Shown here: positions 7,536-17,000 of the stretch, one piece after another
Layout: each line of letters opens with the position of its first letter
How positions within the stretch are numbered: position 1 is the stretch's first letter
Source: Bryobacterales bacterium
GTDB lineage: Bacteria; Acidobacteriota; Terriglobia; Bryobacterales; Bryobacteraceae
Direction: 5' to 3'
Assembly: GCA_038220135.1 (NCBI GenBank)
Contig: JBBRJC010000001.1
Coordinates: 1-31,938 of the forward strand
DNA: 31,938 nt
Translations under genes and position numbers: made by a program
Notes under the pieces: model-generated
The model's input: the letters and a program-made list of their open reading frames with translations, nothing else
Told to the model about the DNA's origin: nothing
Databases searched by the model: none

Positions 7536-8579
7536 TCAAAAGCCGCTCGGAACAATCCAGAAGCTTTCCCGCCAATCCCCGTTGGCCGGAATACTCTGCA
7601 TATTGCGATATTTTCCCGCAGCAGCCAGATTGAAGCCATTGGTGATCATCGTCATCGGTTCAAAGCAGATAAATTCGCGGCCCTTATCAAGTGGTGCATA
7701 AATCACCGAAACCGGAAATTTTTCCCCGTAAAGTACTGTGACCTTCTGCTTCACTCCTTCTACGGAAAATGAAGCTTTGCCTTGTTGGTCCCGCTCCAGA
7801 CCAGTAAATACGTCGTCGAGCATCGTCTTTCCCAATTCCATCGGGTTCGGAAACTTGTTGGGAGTCACCGCCCCGGTGGGGGTCAGTTTCTCGTTCAACG
7901 TAACGTGCTGACGCGCCGAAGAAGTGAGCTTCCACTTGTCGCGAGGCGCGTCATGCACCTGATAATAGGCATGGAAACTAATGGAGACCGGCATCGGTTC
8001 CACCGAGTGGTTCACGATGTAGGTTTCGCATTCCACCTTTCCATCGACCAGGCGGTAGGTCATCTCAATGGTGTGGGCAAACGGGAATTGCGCCATCCAC
8101 TTCGGGTACTTATAGAATTCAAGGCGACTGGTCACTCGCGCACCCTTGGCGTCAGCTTCCACTTTGATCACTTCCCATTCCGAGGCGAACACCAACAAAC
8201 CATGAATAGGCTGGCCAAATACATCGTTGCGGTAATTCTTTAAATCCGGGTTCAGGTGATATTTCGCACCATTGACAAAGTAAAAATTCTGATCGATACG
8301 GTTCGCCCAAGGTGCCAGAAACGGATTGCCCACCTGAGTTGGCTTGGCCTTCAATTCGGCAAGCGTTTTGTATGGAGACCAAAACACGTCTTTGCCGTTC
8401 ACCTGTAGCGAATAGGCATTGTTTCCAATTGAAGGAACCACGGAAAGCACCGTGTTCTTTTCACTATCGGTAAGACGCACCACTTCAATCGCGTCGACAG
8501 TTACTTTTTGCGCACTATAGCGCGAAGCAGCATTGCTCATAAGGGGTAAAAGGAGAAGAAGAAAAAGTAAGAGTTTCAA
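7536..8579 (-). CDS. Secreted aldose 1-epimerase (galactose mutarotase-like) family protein
   Basis: Motifs: 'GNPFLAPWANRI', 'PIHGL', 'FPFAH', 'SISFHAYY', 'LDDVF', 'FICFEP'. TTG 8579 overlaps the upstream TGA and begins a signal peptide (MKLLLFLLLLLPLMSNAA). Confidence 0.85.
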   Translation of the reverse strand: MKLLLFLLLLLPLMSNAASRYSAQKVTVDAIEVVRLTDSEKNTVLSVVPSIGNNAYSLQVNGKDVFWSPYKTLAELKAKPTQVGNPFLAPWANRIDQNFYFVNGAKYHLNPDLKNYRNDVFGQPIHGLLVFASEWEVIKVEADAKGARVTSRLEFYKYPKWMAQFPFAHTIEMTYRLVDGKVECETYIVNHSVEPMPVSISFHAYYQVHDAPRDKWKLTSSARQHVTLNEKLTPTGAVTPNKFPNPMELGKTMLDDVFTGLERDQQGKASFSVEGVKQKVTVLYGEKFPVSVIYAPLDKGREFICFEPMTMITNGFNLAAAGKYRNMQSIPANGDWRESFWIVPSGF

Positions 8580-8995
8580 TTGTCGTACCGGTCCCTGAGA
8601 TCGAGTTCGGTATCTTCCTGACAGCACCAACAAGAGCCAGGAGTATAAGTGCGAATAAAGCAGATGTCGCACCAATAAGTGACAAACAGCTTCTGCCCGC
8701 CCTTGTGGACATACATCGCTCTAGTGTGGATTGGGCCCACCTCAAATGCACCCATTGAAGTCGGTGTGCCGATCAGTTCAAAGTCCATGTCTCGGACTCG
8801 CGGGTCGAGCAAAACACCCATCGTGGATTCATCGCCGCGAAGGGGGATCAATTCAGCCGCCGAAACGGCTAGCATTGGCTTGCCAGGCGCTGCAAGTTTC
8901 AAGCGGCCGCGAATGGACTCGGTTTTCCCTTCCCCAAACAGCGGCACCAATGTCGCGAAATAAGCCAGGACTGACCGTCTATGCACTAGACCCAT
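8576..8995 (-). CDS. Hypothetical exported protein with C-terminal CxxC...CxCC metal-binding motif
   Basis: N-terminal 'HRRSVLAYFATLVPLFG' signal-like segment and 'YWCDICFIRTYTPGSCWCCQED'. Coupled to the next gene by TTGA. Confidence 0.7.
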   Translation of the reverse strand: MGLVHRRSVLAYFATLVPLFGEGKTESIRGRLKLAAPGKPMLAVSAAELIPLRGDESTMGVLLDPRVRDMDFELIGTPTSMGAFEVGPIHTRAMYVHKGGQKLFVTYWCDICFIRTYTPGSCWCCQEDTELDLRDRYDN

Positions 8996-9015
8996 TATAG
9001 CGCCGAAAGCGGCTA

Positions 9016-10077
9016 TTATTTTTCTTCCGCCTCGCCCGCTTCCAGTTCACCCTCAACCTCTGCCGGGGTGGCGTAATAGTAGGAGTGGTAGTAAGTGTAC
9101 TTGGAGTAAAGTTCGCCACGGCGGGCACCATTTACTGCAATACCCAGAACGTTGTTTTCACACAGCGACTGCAACGCCCGAGTGACGGAATCAATCGTGG
9201 TAGTGCCGATGCGGACAACCAGCAAAGTGCCGTGACACATGGTGGACAGCAGGTTCGCGTCGGCAGCAAACAACAGCGGCGGGCTGTCGAGAACGATCCA
9301 GTTGAACACTTCCGGCAATTTGTCGAGAAGTGTTTTCACATCCTGCAAGTTGAGCAGTTCGAGAGGATTAAGGACAGCTTCTCCCGCAGGCATCAGAAAG
9401 AGGTTGGTGCCCGCAACTTTTTTGATGATCTGATGCAATTCTGCGCGACCAAGCAAGTAATCGGTGAGCCCAGGGCTACGATCAATCTGGAAAAGTGAAT
9501 GGACGATTGGACGGCGGAAATCGAAATCGGCAAGCAACGTGTTGTTGCCAGCCAGGTGCGATTCAGCGAGTGCCAGATTGACGGCTGTAAAGGATTTGCC
9601 TTCAGCCGGTGAAGGGCTTGTAACAACGCAGGTGTGCGTGGGTTGCAAACTTTGCAAGTGGTTCAAACGGGTGCGCAGTGTGCGGAATTCTTCGCTCGGC
9701 GGATCGTGCGGCTTTGTGGCATCGATCAGGTGCGAATCGGCCAGAGGTTGAAACGGGACTTCCTCAATCCGGTCCAGCAAATCAGTCAAATCGACCGTAT
9801 GCATCGCCGGCAATGCCTGGAAGCGCAATTGAGGACGGGAAATCACTGGCGGCTCTTGCTGATAGTTCCCTACAAAATCATTGCTGACGGCAGCGGCGCT
9901 ATCGTATTGTCTGGGTTCCAGATTCTGTGGACGGGCCATGGGAGGAGCGGCAGGTGGTGGATAAGCGGCCATCACTTGCGCCAGTTGCGGCGATTTCGGC
10001 GCTGAAGGGGGACGCGCAGGCGGCGGCTGAAAACCAGTCTGCTCAGCGCGTTTCAATGCATCATGTACTCGGCTCAT
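9016..10077 (-). CDS. BY-kinase (CpsD/CapB, Wzc cytoplasmic domain) tyrosine autokinase
   Basis: Motifs: 'SEEFRTLRT', Walker A 'SPSPAEGKS', A' 'LADFDFRRP', B 'IVLDSPP', and tyrosine cluster 'YSKYTYYHSYYY'. Confidence 0.92.
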   Translation of the reverse strand: MSRVHDALKRAEQTGFQPPPARPPSAPKSPQLAQVMAAYPPPAAPPMARPQNLEPRQYDSAAAVSNDFVGNYQQEPPVISRPQLRFQALPAMHTVDLTDLLDRIEEVPFQPLADSHLIDATKPHDPPSEEFRTLRTRLNHLQSLQPTHTCVVTSPSPAEGKSFTAVNLALAESHLAGNNTLLADFDFRRPIVHSLFQIDRSPGLTDYLLGRAELHQIIKKVAGTNLFLMPAGEAVLNPLELLNLQDVKTLLDKLPEVFNWIVLDSPPLLFAADANLLSTMCHGTLLVVRIGTTTIDSVTRALQSLCENNVLGIAVNGARRGELYSKYTYYHSYYYATPAEVEGELEAGEAEEK

Positions 10078-10149
10078 TCCAAATGCCTTCCTTAAGAACT
10101 ACAGTCAATTATGATAAGTGGACCACGGTTTCAACAAACATCGAAACGC

Positions 10150-11838
10150 TTACAATCTGGTCGAGAAATAATAAAATACAGAACCGGCCATAACCACAAC
10201 TCCAAGAATTGTAGCCGTGGACCAGGCAAGCCATGTTAACCTTCTACGCCTGCGAACCACCAAATCGTTCTCAAGAAGCGGTACACAACCCAAAATTGTC
10301 AACTGCGTATACGCCCTAACGTCTTTCAGATTCTTCAACGCAGTGTCCTTCATTTCGCGGCCACCGGCCAGGAACAAACCAAGCAACAAACCAGCCGCTG
10401 TACCGGCACCAATGATCATGTAACGATTCGGGTCACTGGGTGTCAAAGGCAATGAGGCAGGATCGAGCATTTCGAGCGTTTCACCTTGCTTGCGGCCAGT
10501 GATGATTGTGGCGCGCTCAGAAATAGTTTTCTTCTCGCTCATGTCCTGATAATTGCGCTTCGCTTGCTCGTAGTCGCGGCTCAATTCCTGAAACTTCTGA
10601 TCGGAAACCGGAGTAGCATCCAATCGGGATTGGAACGACTTTGCCTGTTCGTTCAAGCGCTTCACTTCTTTGGTGTATTCTTCCTGTTCGGTTTCTTTCG
10701 CCTTCATCGCAGCGATAATCTGAATATCGGTAGCCTCAAGACCTCTTGCTTCACGCGACATGGGAACAGTCTTTTTCGGGCCTTCCTTAGGTACAGCGCT
10801 GGCTTCGAGCAACTTTGCTGCCGCGTCGTCCTTGAGAATGGCATCACGTTGGCGCTTGGCAACTGCCAGCATGCCTTCGTAACGCTTCACATCCGGGTGA
10901 ACATCGGTGTAATGTTCACGAGCCTGAATCAGATTATTTTCCAATTGCTGTACTTCGCGCTCTTTCTCCAACAGTTTGTCGTTACGCTTTTCAACAGCAG
11001 CTGCCATTTGTGGCGTTTCCTGCGGGTTCTTCGCCGTGGTGAGTTGGTCACGTACCAGACGCTGCTGCGTTTCAAGCATCAGCTTTTCCTGATTCACGCG
11101 GCTCATCGCAGCATTCAAAGATTGCATGCGTGTCTCGATTGATTGCAACGTGCTCAAGTTGGATTGGCGGTCTTCGGGAGTGCGGCCAGAGTAGGCAATC
11201 TTAAATGCGGTCCAGTTCGATTCGATCGATTCCAATTTCTTGCGCGCCGTTTCCTGCTCTTCCTTCAAGAAGTTAGTTGCATTTTCGTTCTGGCTCAGAG
11301 ACTCCCGCGAGTTTTCTGACAAAAAGCGGCCAACCAGATCCTGACAAACTTTCTGGGCAATGTAGCGGTTCTCATAGGAGAAGCTCAGCGAAAAAGCACC
11401 ATAAGCCTTCTTCTCACCAGCAGCTGAGGCAATTGCCATCGTGCGCACGTCGCCAATCTTGATCGCCTTGCTGCGCATTTCTTCGATGATGTCTTCAATC
11501 GGCAAGCGCTTAATGTCGCGCGGATAAAGACCGTAGGTTTGAATGATGTTGGTAAGGGTTGCGCGGCTCAAGATGTTCTGTGCCATCGAATTGATGCGCT
11601 GTGCCATGTCTGTGTTGACATTAGATCTCACCAAATTTTCAGAAATCTGTGGCGGGGTAACACGCACCGCAGCAGCGGAAATAAATGTATCAGGCCACAA
11701 AAACGCGGCCACAACCGAGATTACCAGGCCGGCAAACATCGGTCCAAAAATCCAAGCTTTGTGGCGTCGCGCCGCATCAATGTAGTCATCAACATCCATC
11801 GCCCGGCGACTTACCGGTATATAGTCAGAACCTTGCAT
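10150..11838 (-). CDS. Polysaccharide co-polymerase / chain-length determinant (Wzz/GumC, Wzc membrane part)
   Basis: N-terminal TM, long coiled-coil periplasmic region with 'YTDVHPDV', 'LDPASLPLTPSDPNR', and C-terminal TMs. Confidence 0.9.
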   Translation of the reverse strand: MQGSDYIPVSRRAMDVDDYIDAARRHKAWIFGPMFAGLVISVVAAFLWPDTFISAAAVRVTPPQISENLVRSNVNTDMAQRINSMAQNILSRATLTNIIQTYGLYPRDIKRLPIEDIIEEMRSKAIKIGDVRTMAIASAAGEKKAYGAFSLSFSYENRYIAQKVCQDLVGRFLSENSRESLSQNENATNFLKEEQETARKKLESIESNWTAFKIAYSGRTPEDRQSNLSTLQSIETRMQSLNAAMSRVNQEKLMLETQQRLVRDQLTTAKNPQETPQMAAAVEKRNDKLLEKEREVQQLENNLIQAREHYTDVHPDVKRYEGMLAVAKRQRDAILKDDAAAKLLEASAVPKEGPKKTVPMSREARGLEATDIQIIAAMKAKETEQEEYTKEVKRLNEQAKSFQSRLDATPVSDQKFQELSRDYEQAKRNYQDMSEKKTISERATIITGRKQGETLEMLDPASLPLTPSDPNRYMIIGAGTAAGLLLGLFLAGGREMKDTALKNLKDVRAYTQLTILGCVPLLENDLVVRRRRRLTWLAWSTATILGVVVMAGSVFYYFSTRL

Positions 11839-11938
11839 CTTGCTTCTCCGATTTGCTCTAAAAAAACTATAGCCTTCCAGCAGCTATTAACAGGTCTATC
11901 AACAGACCCAATCTACGACTGTTCCTACGGAACTGCCG

Positions 11939-12607
11939 CTATTGAACCACCACGTGATCGCCATTTTCGAGTAGAATGTTTTGTTCCATTTTCTTGCCCT
12001 TGATCACGTCCTGGTAGTTGAACAAGATTCTCTTGCCCTTGCGAACAACCCAGATTTTCTTCCGATTGGCGAATTCACGAAATCCACCTGAACCATCGAG
12101 AGCCTCAAGCAATGTCGTTGGCACGATCAAAGGATAGACACCCGGGCGCAATACTTCCCCTACAAGGTAGTATTTCTTGCTGCCGATCTGGCGCAATCCA
12201 ACCATCACTTCAGGACGTTGTACAAATTTCGAATACCCTTTGATGATCTCGTCTTTCAAATCATTGGGAGTCTTATTGGACGCATCCAACTCACCAGCCA
12301 GAGGCAAAGTGATTCGTCCGTCAGGACGCACTACAAACACGCCAGACAATTCAGGTTCACGCCAAACCTTGATTTCAATTACATCTTCAGGGCCAATTTT
12401 ATAAGAGTTGGGATCAACCGGAGCCATCGCCCCTACAATTGTGGTTGTGCCGTCCTGCTTGATTGCACTTGCTTCTCTTTCCGGTGTCTTCTGTTCCTGC
12501 TGCTTATCTTCCCGATTTTTCTTTGCAGCCGTAGGATCAGGTGCCTGGGCCACCAAAGCAGCCGCTGTCAGCAGGGACAAAAAAAGATGAGTCGTGATCT
12601 TCGCCAT
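11939..12607 (-). CDS. Short OPX polysaccharide export protein (Poly_export + one SLBB domain)
   Basis: Motifs: 'YKIGPEDVI', 'VRPDGRITLPLAGE', 'GEVLRPG', ending 'ILLENGDHVVVQ'. No lipobox Cys and no C-terminal membrane helix. Confidence 0.9.
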   Translation of the reverse strand: MAKITTHLFLSLLTAAALVAQAPDPTAAKKNREDKQQEQKTPEREASAIKQDGTTTIVGAMAPVDPNSYKIGPEDVIEIKVWREPELSGVFVVRPDGRITLPLAGELDASNKTPNDLKDEIIKGYSKFVQRPEVMVGLRQIGSKKYYLVGEVLRPGVYPLIVPTTLLEALDGSGGFREFANRKKIWVVRKGKRILFNYQDVIKGKKMEQNILLENGDHVVVQ

Positions 12608-12815
12608 CGTTCAATCTCTCGCATTTTCCGCGCCGCAAGTCGAGCTGCGACAACAGATATTTTTCATCTTCTCATATGTTAAGTGCATTTTTTCCACACT
12701 TGCTCTCAACTAAGAACTCGTCCACCATTGTATAACAAGAAGCCCGTTAGCTCAGTTCCCAATTAGTACTACGACTGACCGGGATACATTACATCATAAA
12801 GTACTCGGAGATAAA

Positions 12816-13226
12816 ATGCAATACTTCCTAGCCAAGACCGATCCCGACACTTATCACATCGACCAGTTTGAGAAAGATAAGAGAACTTGTTGGGATGGCG
12901 TGCGAAATCCCCAGGCCATCCAGGCGATTAAGGCGATGAAACCGGGTGATACTATCTTCATCTATCACAGTATGGGTATGGCCGCCATCGTTGGATTTGC
13001 CCAGGCCACCTCTCTTCCCCGCCCTTCACCAACGGATGTAAAAAGTTGGGTGATCGATTTGGAATTCAAAGGCCGCCTGGAGCCCTCCACAACTTTACGC
13101 GAAATTAAGGAATCAGGGCTGTTCGCCGATTGGGCGCTGGTACGGCAAAGCCGTTTATCTACAATGTCTGCGCCGGAAAACTTCGTGGCCTGGATGAAAC
13201 AGAAATACCCTAAAGCAAAACTTTAG
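12816..13226 (+). CDS. EVE (PUA-like) domain protein
   Basis: Motifs: 'YFLAKTDPDTY', 'WDGVRNPQA', 'MKPGD..FIYHS', 'LVRQSRLS'. GGAG RBS upstream. Confidence 0.9.
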   Translation: MQYFLAKTDPDTYHIDQFEKDKRTCWDGVRNPQAIQAIKAMKPGDTIFIYHSMGMAAIVGFAQATSLPRPSPTDVKSWVIDLEFKGRLEPSTTLREIKESGLFADWALVRQSRLSTMSAPENFVAWMKQKYPKAKL

Positions 13227-13285
13227 TATTGAAACAAGGGGGCGGATCAGGCTGTCCCCCACGGGAAAGCTAAGTGCTTTGCGGA

Positions 13286-13762
13286 CTACATATCCATATA
13301 AGGCATTGCTGGAGCTTTGCCCAATAGACGCGAGTACACGGTCAGCGCCCCGCGATGGTGCGCCGTGTGTTCGTTGATTGCACCAAAAATTACATACCGC
13401 GGTTGCGTGCCCATAATTGGACCCTCCGGCAACAGAGCGCTCCAATCGGAATCGGAATGCGCTTCAATTATCGTGGCAGCTTCGTTAAAAGCCTCTTCCA
13501 ACCAGGTGCGGGCCGCCGTTAATGAAGTGATGCCACGCACTTCGGCATCCATGGTTTCATGATCCATGTCAAATCCGTTCGGTGAAAATGCACCTTCCAT
13601 AAACCACTCAATCGTTTGGGCTGTGTGCGCAACCTGCGCGGCAACAGTGAACATGCCTTCACTAGGGGCAAAATTGGAATCCGCTTCTTCAAGGACTCTA
13701 GTGGAGCGGTCAAAAAACTCTTTCATTGCGTCAAGCTGGCTCTGCAGTTTTTGTTTATTCAT
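13286..13762 (-). CDS. DinB/YfiT-like family protein
   Basis: Conserved His motifs 'QVAHTA' and 'EHTAHHRGALTVYSRLLG..P'. ATG 13762 has an AGGA RBS and overlaps the upstream pseudogene's TGA. Confidence 0.85.
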   Translation of the reverse strand: MNKQKLQSQLDAMKEFFDRSTRVLEEADSNFAPSEGMFTVAAQVAHTAQTIEWFMEGAFSPNGFDMDHETMDAEVRGITSLTAARTWLEEAFNEAATIIEAHSDSDWSALLPEGPIMGTQPRYVIFGAINEHTAHHRGALTVYSRLLGKAPAMPYMDM

Positions 13763-14030
13763 CTTACTTTCCTGTTTCTTAGGATATTCCATTTGGACCC
13801 GTGAATGGTCTGCAAGCATAACTCCGGTGAATGATCGGCCTAAATAATTTTACGCGCTTCTTCCAAAGTTGGCTTGTTCACAATGCCGATTCCCCCCACA
13901 GGACCATTGTCCACCATCGGGCCAGCCAGAAAGTATTTTCCTGACTCAACTTTCAGCCAAAGTATGCCAGATGCTTCTCGGCCAGCTTAATCCCCTTCGC
14001 AAATGTCTTTGAACTGAGCAAGTAATTCCG
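13759..14030 (-). pseudogene. YciI-like (YCII-related) pseudogene
   Basis: 'GIKLAEKHLAYF', then a frameshift near 13958 into 'LKVESGKYFLAGPMVDNGPVGGIGIVNKPTLEEARKII', an in-frame TAG at 13840-42, then 'ADHSPELCLQTIHGSKWNILRNRKVR' ending in TGA (13759-61) that overlaps the DinB ATG. Confidence 0.6.
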
Positions 14031-14045
14031 GAGCCCTCAAAACGC

Positions 14046-14084
14046 AAAAAGCCCGAACCTGCACAGTAGCAGATCCGGGCTTTT
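14046..14084 (-). terminator. Intrinsic terminator of the TonB-dependent receptor gene
   Basis: Minus strand AAAAGCCCGGATCTGC-TACTGT-GCAGGTTCGGGCTTTTT pairs fully when G-U pairs are allowed. It lies 11 nt past the stop codon. Confidence 0.8.
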
Positions 14085-14095
14085 AGCTTATTACA

Positions 14096-17000
14096 CTACC
14101 AGGTAATTTTCAACGACAATTGCCAGGACCGCGGAGTGTCCTGACCCGTGATTGTTCCCCATGCCGCACTGGTTGGATCGGTATTAGGATCATACAGATT
14201 GGGATGGTTCAAGGCGTTAAATGTTTCCGCACGGAACTGAGTGGTTACCCGTTCAGTAATGCGGAAATTTTTGATCAGCGAAAAGTCCCAACGATCCTGA
14301 TTTGGACCGCGGACCGAACTGAACCGAAGCGAGAACTGGCGTAAATTCGAAGCCAGCTGTCTTACACCGTTGGTTTCAAAACCAGCTAATGCCGCCGGTG
14401 TAAACCAAGCGTCAACATTACGTTTGTCTTTCGGTTGTACGATGTTCTTCAGATCGCCATTGAAAATACGGTTTCCAAAGCCAAGAGGTGCCCCACTTTG
14501 GTGTTGGTACAATCCACCAACCTGCCATCCGCCAGCTACGAAATCAACGGCACGATGCCATTGTGAACCCCATTTGCGCTTTTGGCCAAACGGCAGTTCC
14601 CAAATCCCGGACCCTGTCAGGCGATGCGTACGATCAAGTCCAGCCAGACTTTCATAAGGTCTGGAATCTGCCGAATTGAGAAATTCAGTAGCCTCCATCG
14701 CTTTCGCCCAGGTATAAGACGCCTGAACGGTCCAGGCATTGGCAAAGCGCCGTTCAATACGCGACTGCAGCGAGTGATACCAGGAATAGCCAGCTGGATC
14801 GCCAACCAATTGAACGCTGGAAAACTCACTGTAATTGCGCAGCAAGCTGGCACGGGAAATGACGGTTCCAAAAATCGGGTTCAGGCCGCTGTAAGGGTTA
14901 GGGTAGGTCTTGCCCAGGAAGTCGATGGTCGCTTGATCGCGAACCGGCGAAGTGCTCAGGTATTGTGCAGGAGTGTAGCTCAACTCACGGTTGATGTTCA
15001 GGCGCGTATTGCGGTTGCCAACGTAGCTCACTTCCACCATAAACTTCAAGGGGAACATCTGTTGCAATCCCAAACTCCAGCGCTGTGAATAAGGATGGCT
15101 TCGTCTGTCAGGAAAGAACGTAACGCCCTGGCCAATGTTGGTGAGCAATCCAGCAGTGTTGCCGGCTGGTTTGATCAACCCTGTTGGGAATGGATTGGCG
15201 TTAGTAGCGATATAGGTGATGCCGTTATCCAGTGAAGCCTGGATCGGAGTTGCCTGCGAATAGCCGGTAAGGTTCGTATTCGAGTAGTTCACACCTATCG
15301 AGGCAGTGAAAATGCCAAATCCGCCCCGGATAATCGTTTCCGGACGAAGCTGGTAAGCAAAGCCAATGCGAGGCTGGAAGTTCGTCTTTTCAGGCTGCCA
15401 GTAGTTGCGGCCGTTCGGACTGACGCCTGCATAAGTTAAACCGCCGAAAGCCTGAAATTGAGCGGCAGGCAGTTCTGGGATCGGGTTGGCCGCATATTTT
15501 GCCTTAGCGGCAGTATTTAATGGATTAGCAGTCGTACCCGCAAAGTGGATGGCGGAACGATTGAAGCGCTCGGTTATCGGCGTTTCGTATTCATAGCGCA
15601 ATCCCAAATTAACGGTAAGTTTGCGAGACACCTTCCAATCGTCGTGAACGTATAATGCCCAATACTTGTCCTGTTCCACATAGCTATCAACAAGGCTCAT
15701 GCTGCCCGCGGGTATGCCGAAAAGCATTGCCGCCAACTCGCCACCAGCGGTGGGACTAGCTGCAGTGTCATTTGCCTTGGTGAAATTGGCGCTGTAGGAA
15801 TATTGTGGAGAAAGCGCTGCGCCGTAGCGATTGCGGCTTTCACGGTAGACGCGGAATTCCGGTCCGAAGCGAACCGTGTGGTTGCCTTTGAGCTTGGTAA
15901 AATTGCCCACAAACGAATTTGTGGTGGCTGCGGTGTAGCCGTCCTGTGATTCCCAGGCAGCGATCGGGGTAAACTGACCCGCAGCTACGTTAGGCAGGGT
16001 AGCCCTTTGTTTATCAGGCAGTTGCGAGAGCAAAGTGGAAGAAAGTCCTAGCTTTGAAAGATCAGCACCCTGAGAAGCGCGGCGCTCCGGGAAATCCTGG
16101 AAGGTGAATCCGTAGCGGAAGTTCAATAGAAAGCTAGGGCTGAAGACATAAACATCGTCTAAAGCTATACCTTTATTGTTGCGATTCAAGATAACGCCGC
16201 GAACGTCGTTGTTGAAGTCGCGATTCTTATCTTCCTGCCAATAATCACGATGCAAACGGAAGAAAACACGATGCTTGTCGCTAAAGGCATGGTCGAAACG
16301 AGCCAGCCAAACCCAATAATCCTCCAGCGCTTTCCCTGAACGATAGAAGTTGTTGCGGAAATCCTTCGTACCAGCTTGATTAGGAAGAGGATAAAGGTTA
16401 ATGAAGTTCAGGCCGACCTGATCCAAACGCGATGCAGGAATGATGTTGTTGGGAACTGGCGTCCGAACATAACGGCCATCGGTAAGCGTGGTGCTCTTGG
16501 GATCATAAAATTGATACCCAGCCCCAAGGCCCAGGAACTCTGAAAGATCGCCATTGTGCATCTTAGCCGTAGGAACGGTGCTGGTCGCATTGCCGCCCGA
16601 ATCAGGATTGCCAAACTTGTTGGCTTCATAAGCGAAGAACCAGAACGTCCTGTTCTTACCGTTATAGAGTTTGGGAAGAAAAACAGGTGCGCCTGCAGAA
16701 AATCCGTATCGATTATCCTGATAAATAGATATCGATTGACCTGACCGATTCTGAAAGATTGTCGGAGCATCCAGCGCAGAGTGACGAAACCATTCATGCA
16801 CTTCGCCATGAAGTACGTTTGTGCCCGACTTAGTGGAAACATTTACAGTACTGCCCATAGTGTGGCCAAGCGAGGCATCAAACGCTGCCGTCTGTACCTT
16901 GAATTCGCTGATCGCCGTCTGAGGAGGCGAAAAAGCTACCCGAGGCGCAGTGCCGTCACTAAAGGTGTTGGACACACCGTCAATTGAGAATTCATTCTGA

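Noticed and set aside
13243-13260. GGGGG...CCCCC hairpin between EVE and DinB as a terminator
   Set aside because: The stem is short and interrupted, and the U-tract is poor.
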